Origin: a virus
IMG/VR virus record: IMGVR_UViG_3300037245_001077
Coordinates: 96,001 to 160,000 of that record
Reading direction: 5' to 3' (one strand)
Length of the DNA: 64,000 nucleotides
The notes beneath the pieces are model-generated. The model searched no databases and was not told the DNA's origin. It saw only the letters and a program-made list of their open reading frames with translations. Shown piece after piece: positions 9,646-18,516 of the stretch (its first letter is position 1; each line of letters starts with the position of its first letter). The position numbers and the translations under genes were made by a program.

Positions 9646-9775
9646 AGTGCCCCGAATAAGGACATTGTGTAACTGGTGCTCTGAAACTTGTAATACACTC
9701 GGGATACACCGGGGAACATTAAACCAAGAACGTTGAGAACCACTACATGATGCGAGCCTGTTTGGGGCACTTTTT
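9646..9775 (+). ncRNA. putative structured RNA (long irregular rod hairpin) ending in a U-tract
   Basis: Nested helices found by hand: 9646-58/9759-71, 9663-71/9744-52, 9674-81/9735-42, 9687-90/9725-28, 9691-94/9718-21, 9698-702/9709-13; five G-U pairs. Confidence 0.6.
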
Positions 9776-9785
9776 AAGGTGCTAA

Positions 9786-10037
9786 ATGGACAACCCTAAT
9801 ATACTTCCTCCCATTTTCGGGGAGCTTATATCTTTAGCTGATAAAGTAGAGCAAATAGATGGAAAGGTTATCGAGGCGTATTGTTTGAGCCTTGATGACG
9901 AGGAATCTTTTATGCCTGAACTTGTTGGTATTATCGGTCCTATGGCGTTCCAGATGCTAGTATGCTACTATGGTGGTCAGTCAATGCGGATTCCTTGCCC
10001 AGAGGATATTTTGGCTAAGCTGAAGGAGAATTCATGA
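9786..10037 (+). CDS. Mor/C-family transcription activator-like protein (dimerisation part only)
   Basis: LVGIIGPMAFQMLVCYYGGQSMRIP matches the Mor motif L..IG......L...FGG..(Y)IP; no HTH follows. Confidence 0.6.
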   Translation: MDNPNILPPIFGELISLADKVEQIDGKVIEAYCLSLDDEESFMPELVGIIGPMAFQMLVCYYGGQSMRIPCPEDILAKLKENS

Positions 10038-10561
10038 GGCAAGACGGTATTGATATTGTTCACGAATTATCGGGAGAGTTACTAGAAGCGGTGATGACCG
10101 GGGGCAAAGTCAGTGCCGAATTAATTGGACTTGCCGAAAACGTTATCCATGCACATCAGGTGTATGTGCAATTACTCTACGTTGGAATGGTTGTAGGTCA
10201 AATTACTGAGCTAGCCAATTTCCTTGACGCACTAGACAACCTAGTAGCTGACGTAGACAGAGAAGATCTTGCAGAAGCAACTACTGCGGAGAAGATCCGG
10301 GGTGTTACCGCCTTCAACCAAGCAATCAAAACCAAAGTCGAAATCATCTCTAATATGATGGCGTCGAAGGACGCTATTGGTATGTTGACTTCTTCGTTGA
10401 AGGAAACCTTCGGAGATTCTGAAACTCTTCTGGAAGAGGGTGGAGCGGATAGCAACATGCTGAAGAAGCTTAAGGACATGCCTCCTGAGGCACGCCAACG
10501 AATCTTGGGTTCTGCTGTGGCTAAATTACGTGAATCAATGACTGGAGCTGAAGATGAATGA
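10034..10561 (+). CDS. helical hypothetical protein, terminase small subunit candidate
   Basis: AAGGAG RBS with ATGA overlap; all-alpha pattern; upstream of the large terminase. Confidence 0.35.
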   Translation: MRQDGIDIVHELSGELLEAVMTGGKVSAELIGLAENVIHAHQVYVQLLYVGMVVGQITELANFLDALDNLVADVDREDLAEATTAEKIRGVTAFNQAIKTKVEIISNMMASKDAIGMLTSSLKETFGDSETLLEEGGADSNMLKKLKDMPPEARQRILGSAVAKLRESMTGAEDE

Positions 10562-10907
10562 CGACGAGCTGATTAAAAAAAAGGCTAATCGGATACGGTA
10601 TGTAGGATTGACGGGTACTATCCACACAATCGTTAAAAACAGAAAATATGGAGATGCTGTTCGTAAGACCGTTGAAATCCTAAGGGTGTTATACCCTGAA
10701 GGAATTCGCCCTGACCAGTATTCAGATCTTTTGCTGCTGGTACGGGTTCAGGATAAGATGGTGCGGATTGCTTCGTACACTCCAGAGCGTCGTAAGAAAG
10801 ACGATGAGAGTCCTTGGGCAGATATTCGTGGTTACGGGACTTTAGGTGAAGAGAAAGATCTCGATCCTAATGAGGAGGGGATTCCTCCAGGGGAGTACCA
10901 TCTCTAA
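10554..10907 (+). CDS. DUF1599-like (nucleotide-modification-associated) protein
   Basis: KNRKYGDA...VRVQDKMVRI...ESPWADIRGYGTL motif series. Confidence 0.6.
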   Translation: MNDDELIKKKANRIRYVGLTGTIHTIVKNRKYGDAVRKTVEILRVLYPEGIRPDQYSDLLLLVRVQDKMVRIASYTPERRKKDDESPWADIRGYGTLGEEKDLDPNEEGIPPGEYHL

Positions 10908-11209
10908 TGTGGTCTACAATATTAGTAATGTTTCTTGTGCTATTTATAGTCAACACAGCCGTTACGTTTTTGCTATTTTGGTTGATGAGAAGGTTTTATG
11001 CTGCTCGGTTTGACCGTTTTGCTGTAATTGTGCAGGAGGCTATGGCTCTTCGAGATGCTCAGATAGCTAAGTTTGAAGCTCAGTTTGCAGATGCTTTAAT
11101 CAAAGACACTAAGATCATCGACGATTTACTAGACGATTACTCTGATATTGTGGATACCGAAATTAAGGAAGAGGGAGAAGCCGATGAACGTGAAGGAGAA
11201 GATAGCTAA
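10907..11209 (+). CDS. small membrane protein
   Basis: N-terminal hydrophobic run ILVMFLVLFIVNTAVTFLLFWL. Confidence 0.6.
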   Translation: MWSTILVMFLVLFIVNTAVTFLLFWLMRRFYAARFDRFAVIVQEAMALRDAQIAKFEAQFADALIKDTKIIDDLLDDYSDIVDTEIKEEGEADEREGEDS

Positions 11210-12275
11210 AGAGTTAGACGCTCTTGTCTTGCTTATTGCTGAAGCTTACAATGAGCTAGTTACAGGAGAAATCTCAGACCAAGAGTTCAAGGAAGCAGTA
11301 GACAAGGTTGCTCTGGCCAGGGATAAGACGGCGGATAACTTCTTAGTAATAATAAAAGAGGTCGTTCAAGACACTGTGGAATCTGTGGCTGTTGAAAATA
11401 CGGCAAACAAGGAAATGCAGTTAAGCAAACTCACTCCTTCTCCAGTTGTTTCTGACACACCCACCTACACTCGTGTTCCTGATCCAACTAAGCCTGTAAT
11501 GCTAGGAGAGTCTCAACCCCTTCCACGTACTACTGAAGATCCTGTAGATCTTTACGCGGGGAAACATCAGCTTCCTAATACGCCTCCTCCTGCTATGCCG
11601 ACTCCTGCTGTGCCGAATGCTCCTAGTCGTATTTTAGAAACTGCTAGTGTGGTGGACATAGACCCCGGTGAGGTAGATCACCCAACCATGGGGCTAACGC
11701 TTGAGCAAGAGAAACGTCAAGAAGCTGGGTTGCCTATTAAACCCTACCGTCCTACGATCCACATTGATTACCAAGGGTCACAGGAAGAGCTATTCAACAA
11801 GGATGCAGTATCACTTGCTCCTCCTACGCCTACCCTTCCTATCCCTGAACCGGCTCCCAAAGTAGAGCCTGCTCCTAAGGTTGAGCCAAAACCGCTTACG
11901 GTATCAGAGAAGGGTGCTCTGCACCAAATTCAGGATATAATGATTCCTTACAGGGAGGATGCCGATAAAACTCTCGCTACGCTGGCCTGTAGCGTCCTTA
12001 CGGTGATATCCGCAGCCTTGGCCCAAGAAGGAGACACAACGCGGTACAGCGGCATGGAGATGCTCTGGGGGGCACTGACGAGTGCTATCCAGAAGCTCCG
12101 TAAACTCGATAAAGAAGTCAAGTTCCAGGGGGATGTTCTGGAGCTTAGGGAAACGGTAGCAGCAGCAGTTGAGGACATCCTCACTACAGTAGCTACTTAC
12201 CCTTTACCGGACGAGGCTCCCACAGAGGAGCCGATAGTTTCCGAGGAAAAGATGGAGAAGAAGGATGGCGACTAA
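11184..12275 (+). CDS. hypothetical protein with Pro-rich central linker
   Basis: ATG 11184 after GAGGGAG preferred over 11148; EPAPKV repeat. Confidence 0.6.
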   Translation: MNVKEKIAKELDALVLLIAEAYNELVTGEISDQEFKEAVDKVALARDKTADNFLVIIKEVVQDTVESVAVENTANKEMQLSKLTPSPVVSDTPTYTRVPDPTKPVMLGESQPLPRTTEDPVDLYAGKHQLPNTPPPAMPTPAVPNAPSRILETASVVDIDPGEVDHPTMGLTLEQEKRQEAGLPIKPYRPTIHIDYQGSQEELFNKDAVSLAPPTPTLPIPEPAPKVEPAPKVEPKPLTVSEKGALHQIQDIMIPYREDADKTLATLACSVLTVISAALAQEGDTTRYSGMEMLWGALTSAIQKLRKLDKEVKFQGDVLELRETVAAAVEDILTTVATYPLPDEAPTEEPIVSEEKMEKKDGD

Positions 12276-12609
12276 AGAAGTTCTTTCAGCCTATCTTGTC
12301 TTGGTTAGAGTTAATTTACTGGGGGGAAAAGAGGTCGTAGCTGTTGATGCTTTCCGGGCAGAAGACGCGGACACAGCTTTGAACTACGCCCGGAACATGT
12401 TTCTTCGGAGTGGGGGAGAGGCAGTTGTTTATGGACAGGCTTCTTTTTTTAACGGGACCGTTGGTGCAGTAGAAGCTGAAGTTATCGGGATCTTGGATGA
12501 GGAGCATGAAATAAACGCTAAGTGGAGGACTTCCATGGATGTGTTCGATGAATTTCTTGAACGCGAGGAACTCAGGGACCAGCTAAAACAACGATATGAC
12601 GAGAAGTAA
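12265..12609 (+). CDS. hypothetical protein
   Basis: ORF overlapping both neighbours in operon fashion. Confidence 0.55.
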   Translation: MATKEVLSAYLVLVRVNLLGGKEVVAVDAFRAEDADTALNYARNMFLRSGGEAVVYGQASFFNGTVGAVEAEVIGILDEEHEINAKWRTSMDVFDEFLEREELRDQLKQRYDEK

Positions 12610-14674
12610 GACTGATATTTCGAGGCTCTTACCCACAGTTAAATACGAAGATTTAACTGAAGTTGACAGTGCGATGGTTAAAGAGCTATTAGAATACCTA
12701 GAAGCTACAGGAGACTCTGGGGTATTAGAGGATATCTTTGCGCTCGATTATGATACTACGCCTGTTACTCCTTACGAATTTCTGACCTCTAGACACTATA
12801 TGGGTCCGTTTACTGATGCGTTGTATCCTAAATGGCGTGAAGAGCTATTCTATGTCCTTGACCCTAAACACCAAATCAATGAATGGATCATTTATGGGTC
12901 AATTGGAACAGGGAAGACCTCAGCCGCTTGTGTTGCTCAGCTTTACAAGTTGTACTGGTTAACGTGCATGAAGTCTCCTCAGCGGATCTTTGGGTTGGCT
13001 GAGCACTTCCCCGTGTACTTTGCCTTCTTTTCTATTACTAAGGGTAAGGCAGAGGACGCAATCAACGCGAAGTTCCAGGGCATGATGAACCTGAGTCCTT
13101 ACTTCCGTGAACGGCTCCCCAAGAACCCTAGGAAGGTATTCCTTCAGGGCGCAGCAAACCTTTTCGGTGCGGGGTACAAAGAGCACCCTAAGAAAGATGA
13201 TCTTTTTGAACTTGTGTTACCTCACAACCTTCACCTACTCTTTGGTTCCCAAACCCAGCACGCTCTTTCACTCGATGTGTTCTCGGCTACTTTGGATGAG
13301 ATGAACTTCCGTGGTAAGAAGTCTGTTAGTGAAGAAGAGGATGAGAATAGTGCCCAGAAGCTCTACCATCAGGTGCGTACTCGTATTGAATCCCGGTTCA
13401 AGAACGCAGGTTATAACCCCGGATTAGTTATCAATATCTCTTCTGCCAGGTCTTCTGATTCTTTTGTGGAACAACGGATTCAAGAGGTTCGGCAGAACAA
13501 TATTTCCAACGTACATGTCTCGGATTTTGCTCTATGGGATGTTAAGCCGGGGCGGTATGGTTCTAAAACCTTTAAGATTTTCGTTAGTTCTGGTTTCCGT
13601 TCTTCTCGTATTTTAGAAGAGGATGAGGTAGTCCTTGATCTTCGTGAAGGCGAACAAATTATTGATGTACCAGAGTCTTTCCGGTCTTCATTTGAATCTG
13701 GGTTGGACCCGGCTATTCGGGATATTGCGGGTGTGCCTACCGCAGCGATCAACAAGTTGTTCAAACGTAGAGAAATTATCTTGGAGGCCAATGGGAAGTA
13801 TGTCAATCCTATCCAACCTGAAACCCTTGAGATTGGGCTTCAGAGTGGATTAGAGGTTTCGGACTTCTTTGATGTTGATTCAGTTAGTCGATACGACAAC
13901 ATGCAACGCTACCTACTACATTACCCACGTGCGGGTAGGTTCGTACACGTAGACTTGGCCCGGAATGGAGATTGTGCAGGTATAACGGGGCTATGTATCC
14001 CATTCTACTACTACAAGAACCTCCCTCATACAGATGATAACCGTGAAAAAGTCACACTAAAATTACCTTTCGTTTTCGTGGATTTCCATTGTCGGATTAA
14101 AGCTCCTAAGCTGGATGAAATTGCTTTTGAGAAAGTGCGACAATTTGTAGTTTGGCTTCGAGATAACATGAATTATTCAATTGTCCGGGTGTCTTATGAC
14201 TCCTGGCAATCTGTTCATTCAATGCAGCTCTTGAAAGAAAATGGGTTCGAGGTAGAGACTATTTCGGTGGATAGGACTGATGAGCCGTACATGGAACTGC
14301 TTAGTGCCTTTGTGGAAAAGCGTATTATGAAGCCCCCCTTCTCTTTTGTTGATAAGGAGCTGAGGGATTTAGAGCACGATCTTTCTGCGGCCAAGGGTTC
14401 GGTAGACCACCCTCGTAACAGTTCAAAGGATGTTTCGGATTCATTAGCTGGGGCATATGCTAATGCCCTAGAGTGGATTCACAAACACGGCTTTGGGGCA
14501 ATTGGGGCATACTTAATTCAAGAGGAAGTACTCCCCACTATTTTCCTAAAAAGCCCTAAGGAAATCAGGGTGGCAAGACTTTCTAAGGAGATGGGTTACG
14601 ATGAACCAGTGTTCTTGGAAAGTGGATACGAAGGACACTTCCAAAGGACGACACGCCTTGCTTCAAGGGGATAG
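12596..14674 (+). CDS. terL: terminase large subunit
   Basis: Walker A GSIGTGKT, Walker B ATLDEMN, nuclease motifs HVDLA, YDSWQS and VDHP..SSKDVSDSLAG. Confidence 0.92.
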   Translation: MTRSKTDISRLLPTVKYEDLTEVDSAMVKELLEYLEATGDSGVLEDIFALDYDTTPVTPYEFLTSRHYMGPFTDALYPKWREELFYVLDPKHQINEWIIYGSIGTGKTSAACVAQLYKLYWLTCMKSPQRIFGLAEHFPVYFAFFSITKGKAEDAINAKFQGMMNLSPYFRERLPKNPRKVFLQGAANLFGAGYKEHPKKDDLFELVLPHNLHLLFGSQTQHALSLDVFSATLDEMNFRGKKSVSEEEDENSAQKLYHQVRTRIESRFKNAGYNPGLVINISSARSSDSFVEQRIQEVRQNNISNVHVSDFALWDVKPGRYGSKTFKIFVSSGFRSSRILEEDEVVLDLREGEQIIDVPESFRSSFESGLDPAIRDIAGVPTAAINKLFKRREIILEANGKYVNPIQPETLEIGLQSGLEVSDFFDVDSVSRYDNMQRYLLHYPRAGRFVHVDLARNGDCAGITGLCIPFYYYKNLPHTDDNREKVTLKLPFVFVDFHCRIKAPKLDEIAFEKVRQFVVWLRDNMNYSIVRVSYDSWQSVHSMQLLKENGFEVETISVDRTDEPYMELLSAFVEKRIMKPPFSFVDKELRDLEHDLSAAKGSVDHPRNSSKDVSDSLAGAYANALEWIHKHGFGAIGAYLIQEEVLPTIFLKSPKEIRVARLSKEMGYDEPVFLESGYEGHFQRTTRLASRG

Positions 14675-14722
14675 GCGTAATCCTGCTTTATTACAGTGAC
14701 TTGACAAGTCGGAGGACTAGCT

Positions 14723-15076
14723 ATGAGCTTTCGTGAAAAAGTAGACGAACATATCGAAGAGACATTGATGGAAGGCGTTCTTCCGGACGTAGACGACGTT
14801 CTGGAGATAGAAGTGCCTAACCAGAAATCGGGACCACAGGCGAGTGGTGATGGAGGCGGGCCAAAGAGTGCTCGGGCTAGAGAAGCCACCTTCACTGACC
14901 ATACTGCACCCCCGAATTTTGGTGGAGCTAGCCGGGATAAGAAGTTCCCGTGCCCGCCTTTCAGTAATGCCAACAGAAGCATTCCACCTGCGAAATTCGG
15001 TGGTGCTGCCAAGATCAAAGAAGAGGCTATTCAAGCCGTTCTTGCTGACTTGGAAGCTATGCAGGATGCCGAATAA
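14723..15076 (+). CDS. hypothetical head/core protein with acidic leader
   Basis: GGAGG RBS; MSFREKVDEHIEETLME leader; PPNFGGA/PPAKFGGA duplication. Confidence 0.55.
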   Translation: MSFREKVDEHIEETLMEGVLPDVDDVLEIEVPNQKSGPQASGDGGGPKSARAREATFTDHTAPPNFGGASRDKKFPCPPFSNANRSIPPAKFGGAAKIKEEAIQAVLADLEAMQDAE

Positions 15077-15087
15077 GGGGGTTGCCA

Positions 15088-16185
15088 ATGGCAACCCTTA
15101 AGGGTCGCGCCCAGCAAAGTTTATTTGCTGTTAAGAAAAGGGTGCGGTTGAGTCCTTTAACTGTAGGCGATGCTACGGCAATCGCTTTTACGGTTGTACG
15201 TTCTTCACCGCACGCTTTGCTGCGTGCAGCATATGCTTCTAAGGAAGCTAAAACCTTCCCTAAGAACCCCAATCAACGGGTGTTCTACAACGCGGTTAAT
15301 TCTGTTGTAGACCATCGTAAGGGGAGCCTATACGCTGCTTTCGTGACCTCTGTAGATGTGCGTGGGGTGTACAATGCAGACCGTTTTGCTACCTCATTGA
15401 AGCGTCTAGGTATTCTGGATGACCTTAAGGTAAAACTGACCGCAGATGGTTTTGGGGAAGCAGCTACGCTTATCTCAAACAAGGCTCCTTTCTTCTGGGC
15501 TGATCTAACAAGTCGGGAGATAGATACTGTTCGTAAAGAAGTGTCGGGTGTTGTACAACGAGTGGTCTCTAGGTTTAAAGAAGACATCGATGAAAAAGAT
15601 ATCGATGAGTTGATCGAGGCACAGGTATTTCGGTTAAAGCCCTCGACTCTCAGTCCTCGTGCTCAACTTCTTCATGGTGCAAGTCAGCTAGATGTTGGTG
15701 GGGGCTACCAAAGTATCTTCTTAAACCTTTTTCGTAAACTAGCACAAAATTCTAGGGTAACGTTACTAAACCAAAACAGTAGCCTAGAGGCCACTTTTGA
15801 GTCTTTCCATCAGCACTTGATGACTAATGCTTCGGCCTTACAACGGTTGTTACCTAAGGCAAAATTTGGGAAACAATCTTTAACGCCACAACAGCTTCAG
15901 CGATTGTTTCGTGATTCACAATTCACTCGCCAAATGAAGAAGGCGTTTGAGGCATCTTACGATAGCAAACAACACGCAATTCGAGTAGATGCTCTTTACC
16001 GGGGTATGCGCCGTTATCACGTTATGGTTGATCTACAACGAGCAGCAAAGTCGAAGCTAAGAAAAAATCTAAATGATGACGCAGTATCTGGTATACTAAG
16101 CAGCGTTGTCGGATTGTTTTTCGCCTTTGCAGGGGATACTAAAGGTCAATCATTCCCTGCTATGAAGTCAATAGCAAAGGGGTAA
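15088..16185 (+). CDS. basic hypothetical protein with C-terminal hydrophobic helix
   Basis: ATG 15088 after TAAGGGGGT; K/R-rich; AVSGILSSVVGLFFAFAG. Confidence 0.6.
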   Translation: MATLKGRAQQSLFAVKKRVRLSPLTVGDATAIAFTVVRSSPHALLRAAYASKEAKTFPKNPNQRVFYNAVNSVVDHRKGSLYAAFVTSVDVRGVYNADRFATSLKRLGILDDLKVKLTADGFGEAATLISNKAPFFWADLTSREIDTVRKEVSGVVQRVVSRFKEDIDEKDIDELIEAQVFRLKPSTLSPRAQLLHGASQLDVGGGYQSIFLNLFRKLAQNSRVTLLNQNSSLEATFESFHQHLMTNASALQRLLPKAKFGKQSLTPQQLQRLFRDSQFTRQMKKAFEASYDSKQHAIRVDALYRGMRRYHVMVDLQRAAKSKLRKNLNDDAVSGILSSVVGLFFAFAGDTKGQSFPAMKSIAKG

Positions 16186-16188
16186 TTC

Positions 16189-18006
16189 ATGCCTGAAAAT
16201 AAATTGATTCAGGGCTTTATGCGTATGACTGGGCTGGATAAGGTTATTCAGCGTGAAGTAGCTCTACGCGCACAGCTCGGGGGTATCCAAACTCAATTCG
16301 CTGGTGGTGATGACCTTGTTGGGGATTTGGCTACTATTGAAGAGGCCCTAAGTCAGTTCAATATGATTACCCGGATGCATCGTGAACGTAGGATGCGTTA
16401 TCGGGATTACGAAGCGATGGACAACTACGGAGACGTATCCGTAGCTTTAGATATCTATGCGGAAGAGGCTACTCAGACTGATCTCGTTAAGGACGAGAAC
16501 CTCTGGGTAACGGGTGACGATGCTCGTGCAGTAGAAGAGGTGCAAAAATTTCTTGTTAAGCACCGTATGCATACCCTGATCCAGGGGTTTGCTCGGAATC
16601 TTGCTAAGTATGGAGACATGTTCCTATCCTTGAGGTATACGTATGAGGGGATTGATCGTATTCTCTATCTTCCCCCGGACTATATCCACCGTATTGGCCC
16701 TAGTCTGGATCAGATTAAGCACTTCAAGCTGGAGCACCAGCTTGCCAAGGTTTCTCCCCGTCAAGATGGGCTGTTGCTCCCTTGGGAGTGTGTCCATTTA
16801 AGATTGCTTTCGTTCGGGTTCTCCACTCTTTATGGGCGTTCTATGATTGAGCCTGCACGTAAGCGTTGGTTGCACCTAAAACTTCTTGAAGATGCGGTTG
16901 CTATCTACCGTTTGAATCGGGCTGTTGAGCGGATCGTTTTCTACATCGATGTGGGTTCTGCTTCACCTTCTGAGTCTCTGCGGATTGTAAACACCTACAA
17001 ACGGAAGTTTGGAAATAAGCGTTCTTACATTGATCCGTCGCAGGGTACATTCGAGCAGCAGTATGACCCCCACAACATGTTGGAAAACATCTACTGGCCT
17101 GTGAATAGTGCTACTGAGCGATCTCGCATCGAGAAGCTGAACCCTCCGCCTGAGCAGGGACAACTTCAGGATCTTGATCACTTCAACGAGAAACTTTATG
17201 TGGCTCTAGGTATTCCGCGTGATTACCTAACTGGAGAAACTTCAGGAAGCTGGAATAGCCGGGAAGCTTTGGCTCTTCAAGATGTTCGATTCTCCCGTAA
17301 GCTACATATGCTTCAGATTGCTCTCCTAGAGGGCCTGGAGACCCTGTGCCGCTTCCACCTTGCTGTCCTGTGGGGCGATCCTGACAGAGCGGTAGCAGCT
17401 CGGTTTAATCTCCATCTAGCGGATATCTCTAAGGTAGCTCGCCAACAGTACGACACCGTTATGCTTAATCGTATCCAGCTCTTGACCATGATGAATGATC
17501 TTGGTACTCAAATGAGCTTTAACCGGGACGTGTGGGTACCGTTTGTTGTTGAGAACTTCTTCCCTGATATTCCGAAAGAAATGATTTCGCAGTTGATCAT
17601 CCCTGATGAAGAGTTGGCTGCGGCAGGAGATGAGTTAGACGCTATGAGAAATCCTCCTCCTGCTGCGGCAGCAGCTAAGAAACCTGCTGCGGCAGCAGCC
17701 AAGAAACCTGCTGCGGCAGCAGCCAAGAAACCTGCTGCTAAAAAGAAGAAGACTACTACTGAGGTTATCCGGCACACGATCATGAATGATTTGTTGAGCC
17801 GTAATCTCGTAGAAGATAAGGACAAAAAACTTTTAGAAGATCTCCTTGCTGTAAGTGGGACCATACAGGGTCCACAGGATTTCTCTTTTACTTTAGACCA
17901 CCCTGTAGAAATTCCACGGAAAGTTTTACAAGAGTTGGTGAAGCAACATTCGAGGAAGAAGAAGCCTAATAGTGTCCTCGTGGAGACAACCAATGGGGGT
18001 AAGTAG
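16189..18006 (+). CDS. portal protein (T4 gp20-like)
   Basis: YRDYEAMD..DVSVALDIYAEEA, LKLLEDAVAIYRLNRAVERIVFYIDVG and DLDHFNEKLYVALGIP are gp20 family motifs. Confidence 0.93.
   Translation: MPENKLIQGFMRMTGLDKVIQREVALRAQLGGIQTQFAGGDDLVGDLATIEEALSQFNMITRMHRERRMRYRDYEAMDNYGDVSVALDIYAEEATQTDLVKDENLWVTGDDARAVEEVQKFLVKHRMHTLIQGFARNLAKYGDMFLSLRYTYEGIDRILYLPPDYIHRIGPSLDQIKHFKLEHQLAKVSPRQDGLLLPWECVHLRLLSFGFSTLYGRSMIEPARKRWLHLKLLEDAVAIYRLNRAVERIVFYIDVGSASPSESLRIVNTYKRKFGNKRSYIDPSQGTFEQQYDPHNMLENIYWPVNSATERSRIEKLNPPPEQGQLQDLDHFNEKLYVALGIPRDYLTGETSGSWNSREALALQDVRFSRKLHMLQIALLEGLETLCRFHLAVLWGDPDRAVAARFNLHLADISKVARQQYDTVMLNRIQLLTMMNDLGTQMSFNRDVWVPFVVENFFPDIPKEMISQLIIPDEELAAAGDELDAMRNPPPAAAAAKKPAAAAAKKPAAAAAKKPAAKKKKTTTEVIRHTIMNDLLSRNLVEDKDKKLLEDLLAVSGTIQGPQDFSFTLDHPVEIPRKVLQELVKQHSRKKKPNSVLVETTNGGK
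17659..17739 (+). repeat. 24-bp tandem repeat (3 copies plus partial) encoding PAAAAAKK
   Basis: CCTGCTGCGGCAGCAGC(T/C)AAGAAA at 17659, 17683 and 17707, partial at 17731. Confidence 0.95.
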
Positions 18007-18338
18007 TGTCAGTAACCTATCAGAAGTTGGCCGGTCGAATTCAGAATGACCCAAAGGCCCTAGACTACACACAAACGCAGCTCATGATCCTGATGAACAG
18101 GGTTTTCTTTCACATTGGGGATGCGCTAGCTTCCGGTGAAGACGTATACCTTGAAGGCTTTGGTCGGTTTTACCCAGACTGTAAACCCCCAAGAAAGATC
18201 AAGTCGGGGTTAACGTCAGAAGAGCACTTGACAGAGTTCAAAGTATTTGTTAAGTTCAATGCGTTTAAACAGTTAAATATCCAAGTGCAAGAATTGATGA
18301 AACGCTTGGGTATAGAAGATTACCCAGAAGGAGAGTAA
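18006..18338 (+). CDS. HU/IHF-family DNA-binding protein
   Basis: ALASGEDVYLEGFGRF...PPRKIKSGLTSEE...VKFNAFKQL; GTG overlaps the portal stop (TAGTG). Confidence 0.85.
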   Translation: MSVTYQKLAGRIQNDPKALDYTQTQLMILMNRVFFHIGDALASGEDVYLEGFGRFYPDCKPPRKIKSGLTSEEHLTEFKVFVKFNAFKQLNIQVQELMKRLGIEDYPEGE

Positions 18339-18339
18339 A

Positions 18340-18516
18340 ATGCTTCCGCACCAAAAGAACCCACAAAAAGAAGAAGAGCCGTTTACCACTATGGATAGAG
18401 AGATGGCTAAGGTCTACAAAGAGACCCATCCTCATTACGATGAAGAAGATTACTACGGTACCAAAGCTGCACTTGAGCCGGATACTGAAGACGACGATGA
18501 CAAAGAAACTGCATGA
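18340..18516 (+). CDS. 58-aa acidic small protein (not in ORF track)
   Basis: AAGGAG RBS at 18328; MLPHQKNPQKEEEPF...EPDTEDDDDKETA*; fills the gap after HU. Confidence 0.65.
   Translation: MLPHQKNPQKEEEPFTTMDREMAKVYKETHPHYDEEDYYGTKAALEPDTEDDDDKETA

Noticed and set aside
9646-9775. Calling the rod RNA a canonical 6S RNA, SRP RNA or tRNA
   Set aside because: It is shorter than 6S with no large central bubble, has no SRP GNRA-loop motif and no cloverleaf; left unassigned
14701-14730. TTGACA as a sigma70 promoter (also at 37683)
   Set aside because: No convincing -10 box at 16-18 nt spacing
12596-18006. Intein or intron in terminase or portal
   Set aside because: The ORFs are continuous, with no splicing or homing-endonuclease motifs
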